From positions 2,941,111-3,005,110 of the forward strand of contig MU058824.1 of NCBI GenBank assembly GCA_013265495.1: a stretch of DNA of 64,000 nt. Reading direction: 5' to 3'. The DNA is from Vicugna vicugna. Its lineage: Eukaryota. A program made the position numbers and the translations under genes. Shown here piece by piece: positions 49,906 to 60,880 of this stretch. Position 1 is the first letter of the stretch; every line of letters begins with the position of its first letter. The notes under the pieces were generated by a model that ran no database searches, was not told where the DNA came from, and saw nothing but the letters and a program-made list of their open reading frames with translations.

Positions 49906-50649
49906 CCCAGAGCCCACGGGAAGTGTCACATGCCTTTCATTGCCCTTGCCCCAATTTCTCCCTGTGTCTGCAGCTGGTAGGATACATTCCTGGGGTGTGT
50001 GTTCCCACTTGGAATGATTCCAGCTGAGGATGCTGTAGGAGCCCAAGTTCTGGAGGTTTGTGTCTCCATGGGAGTGACCAGAGCCACCCCACGGGTTGGT
50101 CATGGTCTGCCACCCCTCAGCACAGGAAGGGGTCCCCACACCATGGCATCCCACTCCCCCTTGTCCAGCTGGGGAAACTGAGGCTAAGGGAGGGACAGAA
50201 ACTGCTGGAGCCTTCATAGCAGAGCCAGTCAGGCCGTACACAGATGATGGATTGGTGTTTCCTTTTAATTCAGTGGGTCAAGTTAAAAGCTCTGTCCTTG
50301 ATTTGCAACTGCTTCTGAGAAGCAAGTGATCAGAGTGCTTGTTCAAGGAGCTGGGCGGCAGCAGAGTGGGGGAAGGGCACCCTCGAGATCTTTCAGAGAA
50401 ACAAAGGCATTTTTTGACTCACCGTCTAAAGATTTGTCTCTGTTGAAGCTACTTTTCAGGCAACGTCCTGGGTTCAGCCAGTGATGGGCCTGCCTCCCAG
50501 CAAAAATAGAAGATAGTCCTATGACTCAGTACTAAACATACTTATTCTGGGTATTTTCTGTCTTCCACATTAGCTCCTTGGCCAATTTCTCTGCCCTGGA
50601 AAGCTCAACACATTGTCTTGCGTGTCAGGAGCCATTGGGAAAGTAGAAG

Positions 50650-50865
50650 GAGTCAGACAATCCCAAGTGCACATGCCACCTCCACCACCCAGCAGCTGTG
50701 GGACCTCAGACAGGCTGCTCAGTCTTCCTGAGTCTTCGTTTTCCCATCTATAAAACGGGGACAGTCACAACCCTTATCACACTGGATTTCTGTGGTGACC
50801 AAAGGAAAAGATCTGGATGAAAAGACCTCGTAAACTTTAAAGGGTCACACATGAGAGAATGGTTA
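50650..50865 (+). mobile_element. MIR fragment
   Basis: gagtcagaca...cagctgtgggacctc...ctgagtcttcgttttcccatctataaaacgggga. Confidence 0.6.
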
Positions 50866-51214
50866 TTGGTGCTCAGGGAAGGCTCACTGTATTAAATAAA
50901 ATTTAATTTTATACATTAAAACAATACTGCATAAAGAGGTATTTAGGGGGCACAGAGGGCCCATTTATGATGTTCACTCCCAGTTATTCCTGGCAATGGG
51001 AGGCATGGATGGCATGGAAAGCAACACTTCAGTGGTTGTGAAATACTCCACCTCAGTTCCAGCAATAATTCTCACCATGAACCACCCGGTTTTTCAGTCC
51101 TTTATTCAGTCCCTCCTCAGGGTTGGGCCACTAGTCCCCAGGTGTGAGAGGGACCCCACTGCCTTTCTCCCCCCGCTCCCCTCCCCACTGTAGCTGTGAC
51201 ACGTTTGCGAATTG

Positions 51215-51395
51215 GTTGGTTTGCCAAGAGCGTGCAGCAGAAACACCCAGAGGAAGCAGTGAACAGATTGCTGGGACCCACCGCCAGAGTTCCTGATTCA
51301 GTAGGTTCCAGGGATGAGGCATGAGAATTTGTATTTCTAAGAAGGTCCCAGGTGTTGCTGATGCTACTGATCTGGGGACCCCAATTTGAGAACCT
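51215..51395. mobile_element. MER5A-type DNA transposon relic
   Basis: cagattgctgggacccacc.ccagagtt.ctgattcagtaggt...gagaatttgtatttctaa.aag.tcccaggtg.tgctgatgct.ctg.tct.gggacc...tttgagaac. Confidence 0.8.
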
Positions 51396-51695
51396 AAAGC
51401 ATACTCAGTACATTACATGTTAGGTACTGGGGTCAAGGAGTTAGGGAAGGGGTGTCACAGCTCAGCTCTGGAGGTGTCAGTGCCACTTCTTCCAGGAAGC
51501 CTTCCATGACATGACCAGTCCCTTCCCACCCTCATCCCAGGTTGGGCTGGGGCCCTTCTGGGCTCCTACCACTTTCCATATGGGTGTGCAATGGTTTTTT
51601 CTCGAATCACCAGATGCACGTTTGTCACTGTCAGCTTGGGGGGTGCTAATGCTGCATTGGTCACCCCTTGGCCAGTCACCCTATTTAGTTTTTTG

Positions 51696-51945
51696 ATTGT
51701 TTTTAAATATATTTTTATTGAAGTATAATCAGTTTACAATGTGTCAATTTCTGATGTACAGCACAATACTTCAGTCATATAGGAACATACATATATTCAT
51801 TTTCATATTCTTTTTAACCATAAATTACTACAAGATATTGAATAAAGTTCCCTGTGCTATACAATATAAACTTATTGTTTACCTGTTTTATATATAGTAG
51901 TATCTGCAAATCTTGAACTCCCAATTTCTCCCTTCCCATCCCCCC
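51696..51945 (-). mobile_element. Younger L1 3' end, 5'-truncated (cetartiodactyl/camelid type)
   Basis: tttttattgaagtataatcagtttacaatgtgtcaatttctgatgtacagc...gatattgaataaagttccctgtgctatacaa...ttttatatatagtag...aactcccaattt matches the antisense 3' end of laurasiatherian L1s. Confidence 0.82.
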
Positions 51946-53129
51946 ATGTTGAGTTTTGACATTTCCCCAGCCTCATCAAGTGAGGCTCGAAGGGCAGAGA
52001 AAGGGGAAAGTAAGGTCCCAGGTATGTTTATTTCCTAAACAACTGTGAGTCATCTCTGAGCCAGCTCAGTTGGCTAATTTAAAACAATCCTATAAAGGTA
52101 AGTGGGGAGTGGAGGAAAGGCAGGAAATTAAAACTTAGTGAGCACCAGTTATGAAGCTGGCATGGGTTAACCCTCTGAAGTCCTGCAAGGTGGGTGTGGT
52201 TTCATTGTCATCACCCAGATGTCACTACTCAGTCTCAGAGAGGGTGAGCAGCTTGCCCATGGTTACACAGCTCATGAGCTCAGGTCAGGTGCTCTCTCCA
52301 CTGCTGCACTGACATCTTGAGTGTGTAAAGGACAGGTCTGAACGTTCCCTTTACCTGTGCTGGTGACACGTGGCTTGGATTGTTCTCGAGGCAGAAGCAG
52401 TTGTGTCTGCTCCATGCTGAGCTTGTGACTTGTCACTGTCACTGTGAAACACAAATGCTGTGAAGCTGGTAGTGCTAACGTTGAGTGGGTCAGATCCTAC
52501 TCCAGGCTCACTGTTCCCACTGAGCCCATGACTCATCCTTGTGTGCTTAGAATAAACAGGCTCAGCCTCTGCAGAAGGTTTCACGGGGAATCTTAGATCT
52601 GCCACCATCACCTGCATGCCCAGCGCGTGCCTCCTCCTCCTCACCATCAGCCCCACTGGGGCTCCCGATGCTTCCTGCCCCCTGCTCATCTTCCCAGAAT
52701 GCCTTGGGCCTGGGAGGAAATTAACAATTGTGTTTGTACTTGGAGCTTTTTGCTATGTAATGAGTAACAGTTGTAATTAATGTTTAACATGTGTGAACAG
52801 CAGGTCTGCAGAGAGAAGGGGGGTTTAAATGAGAAAACTGGGATCACTCGCTTCCTTTGGCTGTTACGTTACTGAGGGACAGGTTTTTCCAGTTGGTTTT
52901 TCTCTTTGACATATGAATGAATTCATTTAGTAACCTAAAAAAAAAAGAGAGAAAGAAAAACACTGGTGCTTCATAGCTTTGGTTTGCCTGCTAATTATAT
53001 TGATAGAAATGTTTCTTCAAGTGCCTTTGTCTCCTGGGTGGAAAAAACCCAAAGATTTAGTAGACTATCTTTGCTCTTTTGTTTGGCAGGTCTGAGAGCT
53101 TCATGTGGATATATATTTTTTTCGTATGG

Positions 53130-53250
53130 ATATTTTTAAGCTCTGTGAGTTCAGAGACTCTGCTGGCCTTGTTCACTCCTGGGTCCTCACCTAGATCAGT
53201 GTCTGGCACATAACAAACAAAAAGATAGTCACTGAATTATCGAATAAATC
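53130..53250 (+). mobile_element. L2 3' end fragment
   Basis: taagctctgtgag...cagagactctg...cttgttcact...cctagatcagtgtctggcacataac. Confidence 0.6.
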
Positions 53251-56200
53251 AGGTCTTAGGAGAACCCATCCCAAGTTCTCTCCAGGACACAGAATACATA
53301 GGTATCACGCAGCCCTGCTCACAGACGTAGTGTGTTTTCACGTCATTCCTTTGTGCTGTATACCTGTCTTCTCTCCAGATGAGGCTGAGGGACCTACACA
53401 AGGGTGGGCACTTTTGAGTGACTGTTGACAGCTGTGGTTGTCATCTCTGGTCTGAACTTGAAGCTGAGAGTATGTCCCTGGATGTTTGAGGACTGGCCCG
53501 TGAGTTCAGATGCCACGTTGGGGTGGGGAGAGTGGTGTGCCAGTGGGCGGCAAGCAGCCCCCTGATCGCCATGCACCTGCTTGTCCCCTCCTGTGGCTTC
53601 TCCCTCCCCTCACCACCGTCTGTGGAGGGGCAGCAGCAGCAGACACGTAAGCAGCTGGGCTGGGGCTTTGGGGCTCCTGGGAGGGGAGACTCATTTCCAC
53701 AAATGCCCAGCCTGCTCCCTGCAGGTCCTCTGAGGCTTGTGGATGGGGTCCCTTTCCCAGGCCCTAGGATTCTAAGTGTCTGCAGGTGAAAGCATCAGGA
53801 GACACACTACGTCAGACCTGAGCAGGCATTCTCCATCTGACAGTGAACCCCGCCCAGAACTAGCAGAGCTGTAGGGTCTGGATTTAAAGCCCCATGCTGC
53901 CACTTGCTAGCGGGGTGACCAGGGGCAAGTTGCCTGTTTCTTCATCTGTAAAACAGGGTGGTAATTGGTGCTGAGAGTCGGGGGCACAGTGAGTGCTCAG
54001 TGGATGTTGGCTTTTGGTATCACTGTCACTGTTGCTTTTGAGAGCGTGTTACACTATAGTCAGGATTTGTACTGAACTTGTTAGAGGCCCCTGGGATTCA
54101 GAAGACTTGGGTTCAAGTCCAAGTTCAAGTCTAGCTGTTAATGTGGGGAAATTCAGTCTCTTCCAGCCTGTCATTTCTCATCCAGAATATGAATTATGAT
54201 AATGAAGATGGATTGCTTCAGCAGCTGTAAAGTCCTTTGCTTTTGGGTCATTTCATCATTTTCATCAGAATTTATCCCTACCTTTCCTGTAGCCAAGTGG
54301 CAGCCCTTGGGGTGGGGTCTTTACACCAGGCAGTGGTGTCCATGTCTCCTTTGTGGGGTGCAGAATGGTAGGACAAAGGCACTCCCCCTGGTGCCAGACC
54401 CAGGTTTGGGTATGCATGCATGGACAGCGTTCCTGAAACCAGATGGCATTCCTGGAGCCCGGGCGGCATCCCGGCGCCTGCCTCACAGCTTTCCCGATGC
54501 CCTGCTTCTCGGGGAGTCACCACCGCCACTGCCCTCACAATAAGGACTTCTGTTCTCAGGCACGGCCCACAAGATGTGGCAGCCTGATGCCCTGGGGCCT
54601 GCGTGTGCCTGCGAGATGAACACAGAGGCCTCTTGTTGGCAGTCCTGGAAAAGCAAACCAAACATTTGCTGAGCTGCCTGCCCGTGTCTTACAACCTACC
54701 TGGAAGTACAGCTTTCGCTCACGGGGAGAGGGGAGAGTGAGGCCTGCTCCTCAACTGCTGCCAAGAAGGGGGCTTCACCTCTCTGGACCTTTCTCCATCT
54801 GGAAAATGGGAAGTCTAATCTTTGTCTTGTTGTCAGGAGCAGGTGAGATGATGCAGAATGTATGTTTAAGAAACTGAGGCAGCAGAGGACCATTCATGGG
54901 AACAGGGTTTTAGTCAGATGCAAGTGTTTGCACACTATTGTGAAAGGTTATGGTGTTTGCATATACTCTGGGTCGTGTGGGGCCCTCGCCTTCCCAAACC
55001 AATGCCCAGTCTCCCTCCTTGCCCCTTCTTGGGGGCTCACAACTACCTGGGCAGCAGCCCCTTCTGTGCCTCTCCACCCCTGCCCTCCCCACTCCCCGCC
55101 TGTCCCCTCGCCACAAACCCACCAGCATCAAGGCCAGGTCTTCCACAGCATGGAGGAAACGGCCCCCAGGACTGCATGGAAGGGGTACCTTGGACGCCTT
55201 TGTCCTGTTCTCTGTGCCCTTGTGATTTCAGAATGGTAGGACATCCAAGAACACCAGGCCTAGAGCACTGTCCAGGCCCCTCCTGTCAGCCCTGTATTCA
55301 CTTCTGCCTCATCCACACAGGATTGGAAGCCTCTTCAGTGCCCGGGAGTTCTTTGCAAGGCACTTCATGCATGGGGTCTTATTTTCAATCCTCGAATCCT
55401 CGTTGCCTTTGTTTAAAGGACTGTGTCCTGTACAGGAGAACTGAGAGGGCCAGAGGCCCCAGGCCAGCCAGAAAGAAGTAGCTACTGACCTTGGAGCACG
55501 TCATAGGCCTCACCCGGGGCCCAAGGCCCTGGGCTGCCTTTGCTCCTGTCTAGTTTCCCGTAAATGGTCCCTGTCCTTGGGGGTTGCTATCCACACTCGC
55601 TTTCAGCCTGGAGGATGTTTGGCAGACTGTTGACTCTTCTCCCTGCTCATCCCCAGATAAAGGCACTCCTAGGGCACCCCAGTTGAGGAGGATGTTCAGG
55701 GCTTCGATTCCAAAGCAGAGGGGTCAAGGGTTGGGGCCTGGGGCCCGCTACCTGGTGTGGCAGCCTGCTCCTATCAGCTGGGGCAGGCTCCTTGGCCACA
55801 GCAGGCCCCGTTCATAAAAAAGTAGACAAAGTAGCACCAACCTCCTAGGTCTGCTGTGAGGGTCAGAGGAAAATGTCACCTGACGTTCTCATGTGCCCAC
55901 TTGTGCCCAGGAAGCATTCAGTGAAAGTTAAGCCATTTTTCCAACTATTTTGAAATAATTTGAGGAGGGAATCTAGCTCCTAAGGTTCCTTTCTTGATTG
56001 ATGAATGAGGTCTTTTGTTCCTACCGACCACGAATCTGGGTGAAGATTCAGTCCTGCAACAGATTCTGAGCGTCCACTGTATATCAGGCACTGTTCTCGG
56101 CATTGGGAATTCAGCTTTGAACAAAACAATGTCCTGTCCTCTTGGAGCATCCAACTTAGGAATTCCAGCACAGGTTAAGGAAAAAAGACGGTGGTTTCTG

Positions 56201-56329
56201 ATACAAGGCACTGCAGCCTCAACTACATGAAAGGGAGCTGTTCTGAGCATGGATGTGGCGGTGTGGAGAGGGAACCACCCCTTACAGGGGGCCTGCCTGG
56301 ACTTTGGTACATCATCTGTTACTAACAAC

Positions 56330-56485
56330 CTCCACAATCCTTTATGTTATAGATATTGTCAGCCTGGTTTTACAGAAGAGGAAGCTAAGCCTTAGAGAGG
56401 TTTAGAAACTTGCCCGAAGTCACACAGTAGTGGCAGAGGCAGGGTTCAAATCCAGATCTTCCTCTCCAAAGTCCACACCCTTTCC
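56330..56485 (-). mobile_element. MIR fragment
   Basis: ttttacagaagaggaagctaagccttagagaggtt...acttgcccgaagtcacacag...gtggcagag...gggttcaaatccagatc. Confidence 0.75.
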
Positions 56486-56599
56486 ATGACGCTAAGCTGA
56501 TGAATTTCCTCTGTTCCCTGGCCTTGCCGCAGCCCCTGGGCTGTTCCTTAGAGCTGGCTGTGTGTCAGGCATGTGGAGGTTCGAAAGAGGCAGGAGGCC

Positions 56600-57010
56600 C
56601 CATCTCCATCCAGTTCTAAGACACCTAGGTACCACACTAACATAGACTGCAGAGGGATCAGACAGTGGCATAGACAGGGGAGGTGGGGTTCAGAAGAGAA
56701 ATGAATTCCACCTGGGGGGATCTGGGACAAAACTTCCCCCAGGAGGTAGCTTTGGAGCTGAACTTTGAAGAATGACTTAGATTTTCTGCACAGCACAGAT
56801 ACTGGAGAAAGGGATTCTAGGAGGCAGACACAGCAAAGCAAAGGCCAAGAGGCAGGAAGGCAGATGATGAATTTGGGACCAGCCATCCTTTGTGACTGGA
56901 GCCTAGAGGTGGATGTGGAACCCAGAGGGTCAGGTTGTCGCCAAGTCATGGAGGACCTTGAGCACCAGAATGAGGAGTTTGCCCTCCATCCCAGGGAACT
57001 GGGAGCCGGC
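56600..57010 (-). mobile_element. L2 fragment
   Basis: ttccccaggaggtagctttggagctgaactttgaagaatga...ggaggcagacacagcaaagcaaaggcc...gaggagtttgccctccatcc...gggagcc. Confidence 0.6.
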
Positions 57011-57124
57011 AGGGGTTCCTGAGCCCAGAGAGCTGTGCTTTAGAGGCCCTTTGGCTTTTGAGAACCTGATCTCTCTGGCCAGCACTGAATGATAAACAGG
57101 AAGGAGCTGGACCCTGAAGGAACA

Positions 57125-57410
57125 CATTTATTTCATCTAAGCAAACATTTACTAAGCACTGTCTCCATACCAAGCACTGAAGTTGGTTTCAGGGCAGACT
57201 AGAGATTGGAGACGGAGAAGAGAAATAAAATCAATCCTAGGCACTGCCCCGTCAGAACACCCCGGCTGACTGGGGATGAGTGACTTGGGTACTCACTGAG
57301 CTACCAGAGAAGGGCCAAGTGTTGTGAGCCCCCAGGAGGAAGGTGGTTCTCAGCAGATGGGATGGGGGAGGCTTTGTGAAGAAGGGCTTTTGTTCCAGAC
57401 CTTAGAAGCT
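57125..57410 (-). mobile_element. L2 3' fragment
   Basis: catttatttcatctaagcaaacatttactaagcact...ccaagcactg. Confidence 0.55.
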
Positions 57411-58565
57411 TCTAGATACAGAAGTCACAAAGATGGAGGAGGAGGGTGATCATTCCAGAGACTAGACGAGTGAGGCACAGCCCCTGCCCCCACCAGCTCT
57501 TCCAGTGTCCTCGTGGGGAAGGAGAACATGAAGGTGGAGTCACCCTGGTCACCCACAGGGCCCCACCTCTTAGCGTTGAGACCCTAGAGTGCTTCTTCAC
57601 CTTCTCTGGGCCCCCAGTCCCTCACTCATTACGCACAAGGTGGCAGGGTTATTGGGAGGGTTAGAGCTAGCATGGCTGTGTGGGACGCTGTCTTCTGTCA
57701 CTGGCAGTGACCCAGCTTAAGGGCCAATTTGGAATTGGTATACAGTCTATAATACAAGTAGGAAGGGGACCACCAGTGTCAGAGGCTAATCTAGATGGAA
57801 GAAAGGCCTCCAGAAGATGGGGACACCTGAACTTGGTCTCAAAGGATGAGGCCTGTCAACAGACAGAAACTTTTGGAAGGACATTTGGGCTGTCACAAAG
57901 GGGCCATTTCACCTGCCCTAGAGACAGAGGCTGGTGGAACCATTAATAGGGCCACTTCTCCCACTGCCACCAGGGGTCTTGGGCCCTATCATCCTACCAA
58001 AGGCAGAAGGGCTCCTGAGGCCTGGCCTTGCCCCCAAGTCTCCCCTCCCTCCTACGGAACTCTCACTTCCATTTGTAATTGCCTATAGGTGGAATTAATT
58101 AGGTTCTGTCTTTCTAACAACACACAAGAGTGGCATATTTTTTCTCTAAATGTGGATATTCTTTTGAGGACTGTGTCTTTATCTTTTGCAGAAAATCACT
58201 AAATTAAAAGAATTGCCATTTTTAATTGCAGATTAAAGAGAAACTTAATTAGAAGGAATGAAAGCAATTGTGTTTGGAGCTTTTGTTCTTAACAGTTTTT
58301 TTTTTCTCTTGTGCCGCTGAATCACTGCACTTGGAGTTTGTATATTTTTATTTTAGGTGAAATGATTTGCCTAATTAAGCCTGTCATTCATCACCACCTG
58401 TTCCCTCTAAAATGTATGGCTATATTATTAAGCTTGCAGGCGAATGTGTAAATTAATTCAGAGGGGAATTACAGCGTTGACTGGGACGTTATTAGGTTTT
58501 ATCCAATTTATCTGGTATGAAAACCGATATTTTTCCCCAATAAAGTGAAACAGCAGCTCATTAAG

Positions 58566-58860
58566 TTCATTCATTCATGGAACACCTACTATGTTGTGGG
58601 TGTGTGCTAGGCATGAGGGGTTAGGGCAAATATGGTACAGCCCCTGCCCTTGAGGGGCTCATGAGGAGCCAAACAAGGATGCTAGTGCTTAGGCCAAGAT
58701 CAAGCTAAAGTCTGGGAAGAGGGTGAGGTCAGGGAAGGCTTCCTGGAAGAGGTGACTCCTGAAGAGCAATCAGGTGGACAGGTTGGAAGAAATCAGGACG
58801 GGAGGCAGAGAGCATAACCTGGAAGGGGGCATGGTGAGACCCGAGACTAGACAGGTAACC
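58566..58860 (-). mobile_element. L2 3' fragment
   Basis: ttcattcattca...acacctactatgt...gtgctaggc...cccctgcccttgaggggctca...gtcagggaaggcttcctggaagaggtgac. Confidence 0.7.
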
Positions 58861-58879
58861 AGGTCCTAAGGTCCAACCT

Positions 58880-59145
58880 CAGCCTGGAATGTCCTTACCT
58901 CAGATGTCCCCCTGGCTTGCCTGTCCTTCCCTCCAGGCATTTATTTAGATGTCACCCTCAAGGGGCCTTCCCTGCCCTGCTTTTGTTTTGTCCAGAGCAC
59001 TCAGCACCAGAGGGTGTGTTGTGAAGATTTCACTTGTTGTCTGTCTTTCCTCACTGGGACTCTGACTGCTGAGGCAGGGATTTCTGTGTGTCTTGCACAC
59101 TGTTGTTTCCCAGCCCTGAATTGTACCTGGCACGTGTGAATGAGA
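58880..59145 (+). mobile_element. L2 3' fragment
   Basis: gcctggaatgtcctt...agatgtcaccctc...ggccttccctg...gaggcagggattt...cccagccctgaattgtacctggcac. Confidence 0.7.
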
Positions 59146-59589
59146 GTCTAGGAGTGGGATAGGTGGACAGACAGCCTGCTGGACCCGGGTGTAGTCATGA
59201 GAGTGACCACACACACGGGTCCAACGTGTCTGGAGCCTTCTGTTGGCAGGAACCTCTCCGCTGTTTTCCATAGTGATTAATGCAGAAGAGTATCTCAGCA
59301 GGGAGGAAAAGCTTTGCAGTCCTGATGGATAGCCTTGCTCCATGGCTGAGGCATACAAGTGCATTCAAGTTCCTCGGTCCCCAGGGACAGCACGTTACAG
59401 TCAGGGCAGGTGTTTCCTGCCACCTTCTGTGAATGTGAGGTTGATCACTATGTGTCTGGCTGGGGTTGGAGGACTGCTTGCCATGTCCATGCTTGCTGGC
59501 TAGGGGCAGATTTCTGCCAGTTTGTGTCTGTGGGCCTGGGGCTGCTCATGGCCTTGGGAACACGGTCTGTAGGCCCTGACCCAGTTTAC

Positions 59590-59945
59590 TCAGCACACTG
59601 TGTGTTTCAGGCCCTTGGGATGTATTCCCTCATCTGATCTCCACAGCAGCCTGGTAAAGTAGGGAATGGGGCCTCAGAGAGGTTGAACAGCTTAGCCAAG
59701 GCACACAGCTAACCACTGGCCAGCTTAGGAGGAGGACTCAGGTCCATTTGGAAGCTTCTGTGAAGTGCTTACTACTGTGCCCACACTGAGCACAGACTAC
59801 ATGCCAGGCACTCTGCTGAGATCGCTGTGCATCACCTGCCGGAATCCTCACAACAACCCCGTGGAGGGGTACAGTCATTATCCCTATGTTTCATATGAGG
59901 AAACTAAGGCCCAGAGAGATTATTTGCAAGGTGGACCAGCTGGTC
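59590..59945 (-). mobile_element. Two adjacent MIR fragments
   Basis: ctcagagaggttgaacagcttagccaaggcacacagct, then ctacatgccaggcact...aatcctcacaacaacccc...atgaggaaactaaggcccagagag. Confidence 0.7.
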
Positions 59946-60708
59946 TCCAGGAACGCTTGTAGCAAATCCAATTTCAGCTCATGTTTTCTGCTCTTTGTTC
60001 AGTATCTCCAGGGTCCTGCCCTCAAGTGGCACCCTCCATAGTCCATGGGGTGAATGACACTCTCACAGGTCCAGGGCAGAGAGGAAAGTACACAGGGGGA
60101 GGGCCCGTCCCACTGTGCCAGGCCTGCTGCAGCCTCCCCTGGGTGCTGGGCCCAGGACGTGGCAGGCTATGTGTGGGGCCCACACAGGGGCCTGAGTGAA
60201 GAGAAGCAGATCTGTGTGATACAGCACGAGCCTCCATTGAAACTCTCTAGTAGAGAGTCCCAGGAGAAAGAGGGCAGATGTGGCCAGTACAGCTCCAGGT
60301 GGGGTGGGAGAATGGGAGGAGGAAAGGAGCCACTCGGAGGCAGGTTTTGGCACAAAATGTGGAAAAGCTTTCTCCCTGAGAGCTGACTATGAGACTGAGC
60401 ACCCTCGGAGTGCTATGCCCCCTTTTGATGGAGGTTGCAGGAGGGTTCCTTTGAGAATAGGGCTGAGCTCCGTGGCATTGGGAGACAAACCAGCCCGTCA
60501 GCTGCATCATCTGGTTTAGACAGCTCATGCACGTCTTGTTTTAGGAAGCCCATATCTTTTCAGCTATGTTTGTTCATTGCCTGGAGATCTTCCTCCTGCA
60601 AATTGTAGAGCCCCAGAGAGAACCATCCCCTAGGACCTCACTATGCACCACCCAGTAACTCCTTGCACTGAGCTCCAGGTAATTGTGTACTTTCTCTCTC
60701 CCCCACAG

Positions 60709-60880
60709 CCCAGTTTAACGGCAACGAGAAACGGCAGTCATCCCCCTCGCCTTCCCGGGACCGGCGGCGCCAGCTTCGAGCTCCTGGAGGGGGCTTCAAG
60801 CCCATCAAACATGGGAGCCCCGAGTTCTGTGGGATCCTGGGAGAGAGAGTGGATCCTGCTGTCCCTCTGGAGAAGCAAAT
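60709..60880 (+). CDS. SHB: SHB internal coding exon (probable exon 4), 172 bp, phase 1 in, phase 2 out
   Basis: tttctctctcccccacAG acceptor at 60707-60708, donor AT|gtaagt at 60881. Frame continues G|CC (Ala): AQFNGNEKRQSSPSPSRDRRRQLRAPGGGFKPIKHGSPEFCGILGERVDPAVPLEKQ(I), the segment directly preceding the SH2 domain. This frame is not in the ORF track. Confidence 0.95.

Larger units (their letters stand above)
45800..60708 (+). other. SHB: SHB intron (14,909 bp, GT-AG)
   Basis: Bounded by gtaagg and cacag. Phases match (1 to 1). Confidence 0.92.
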
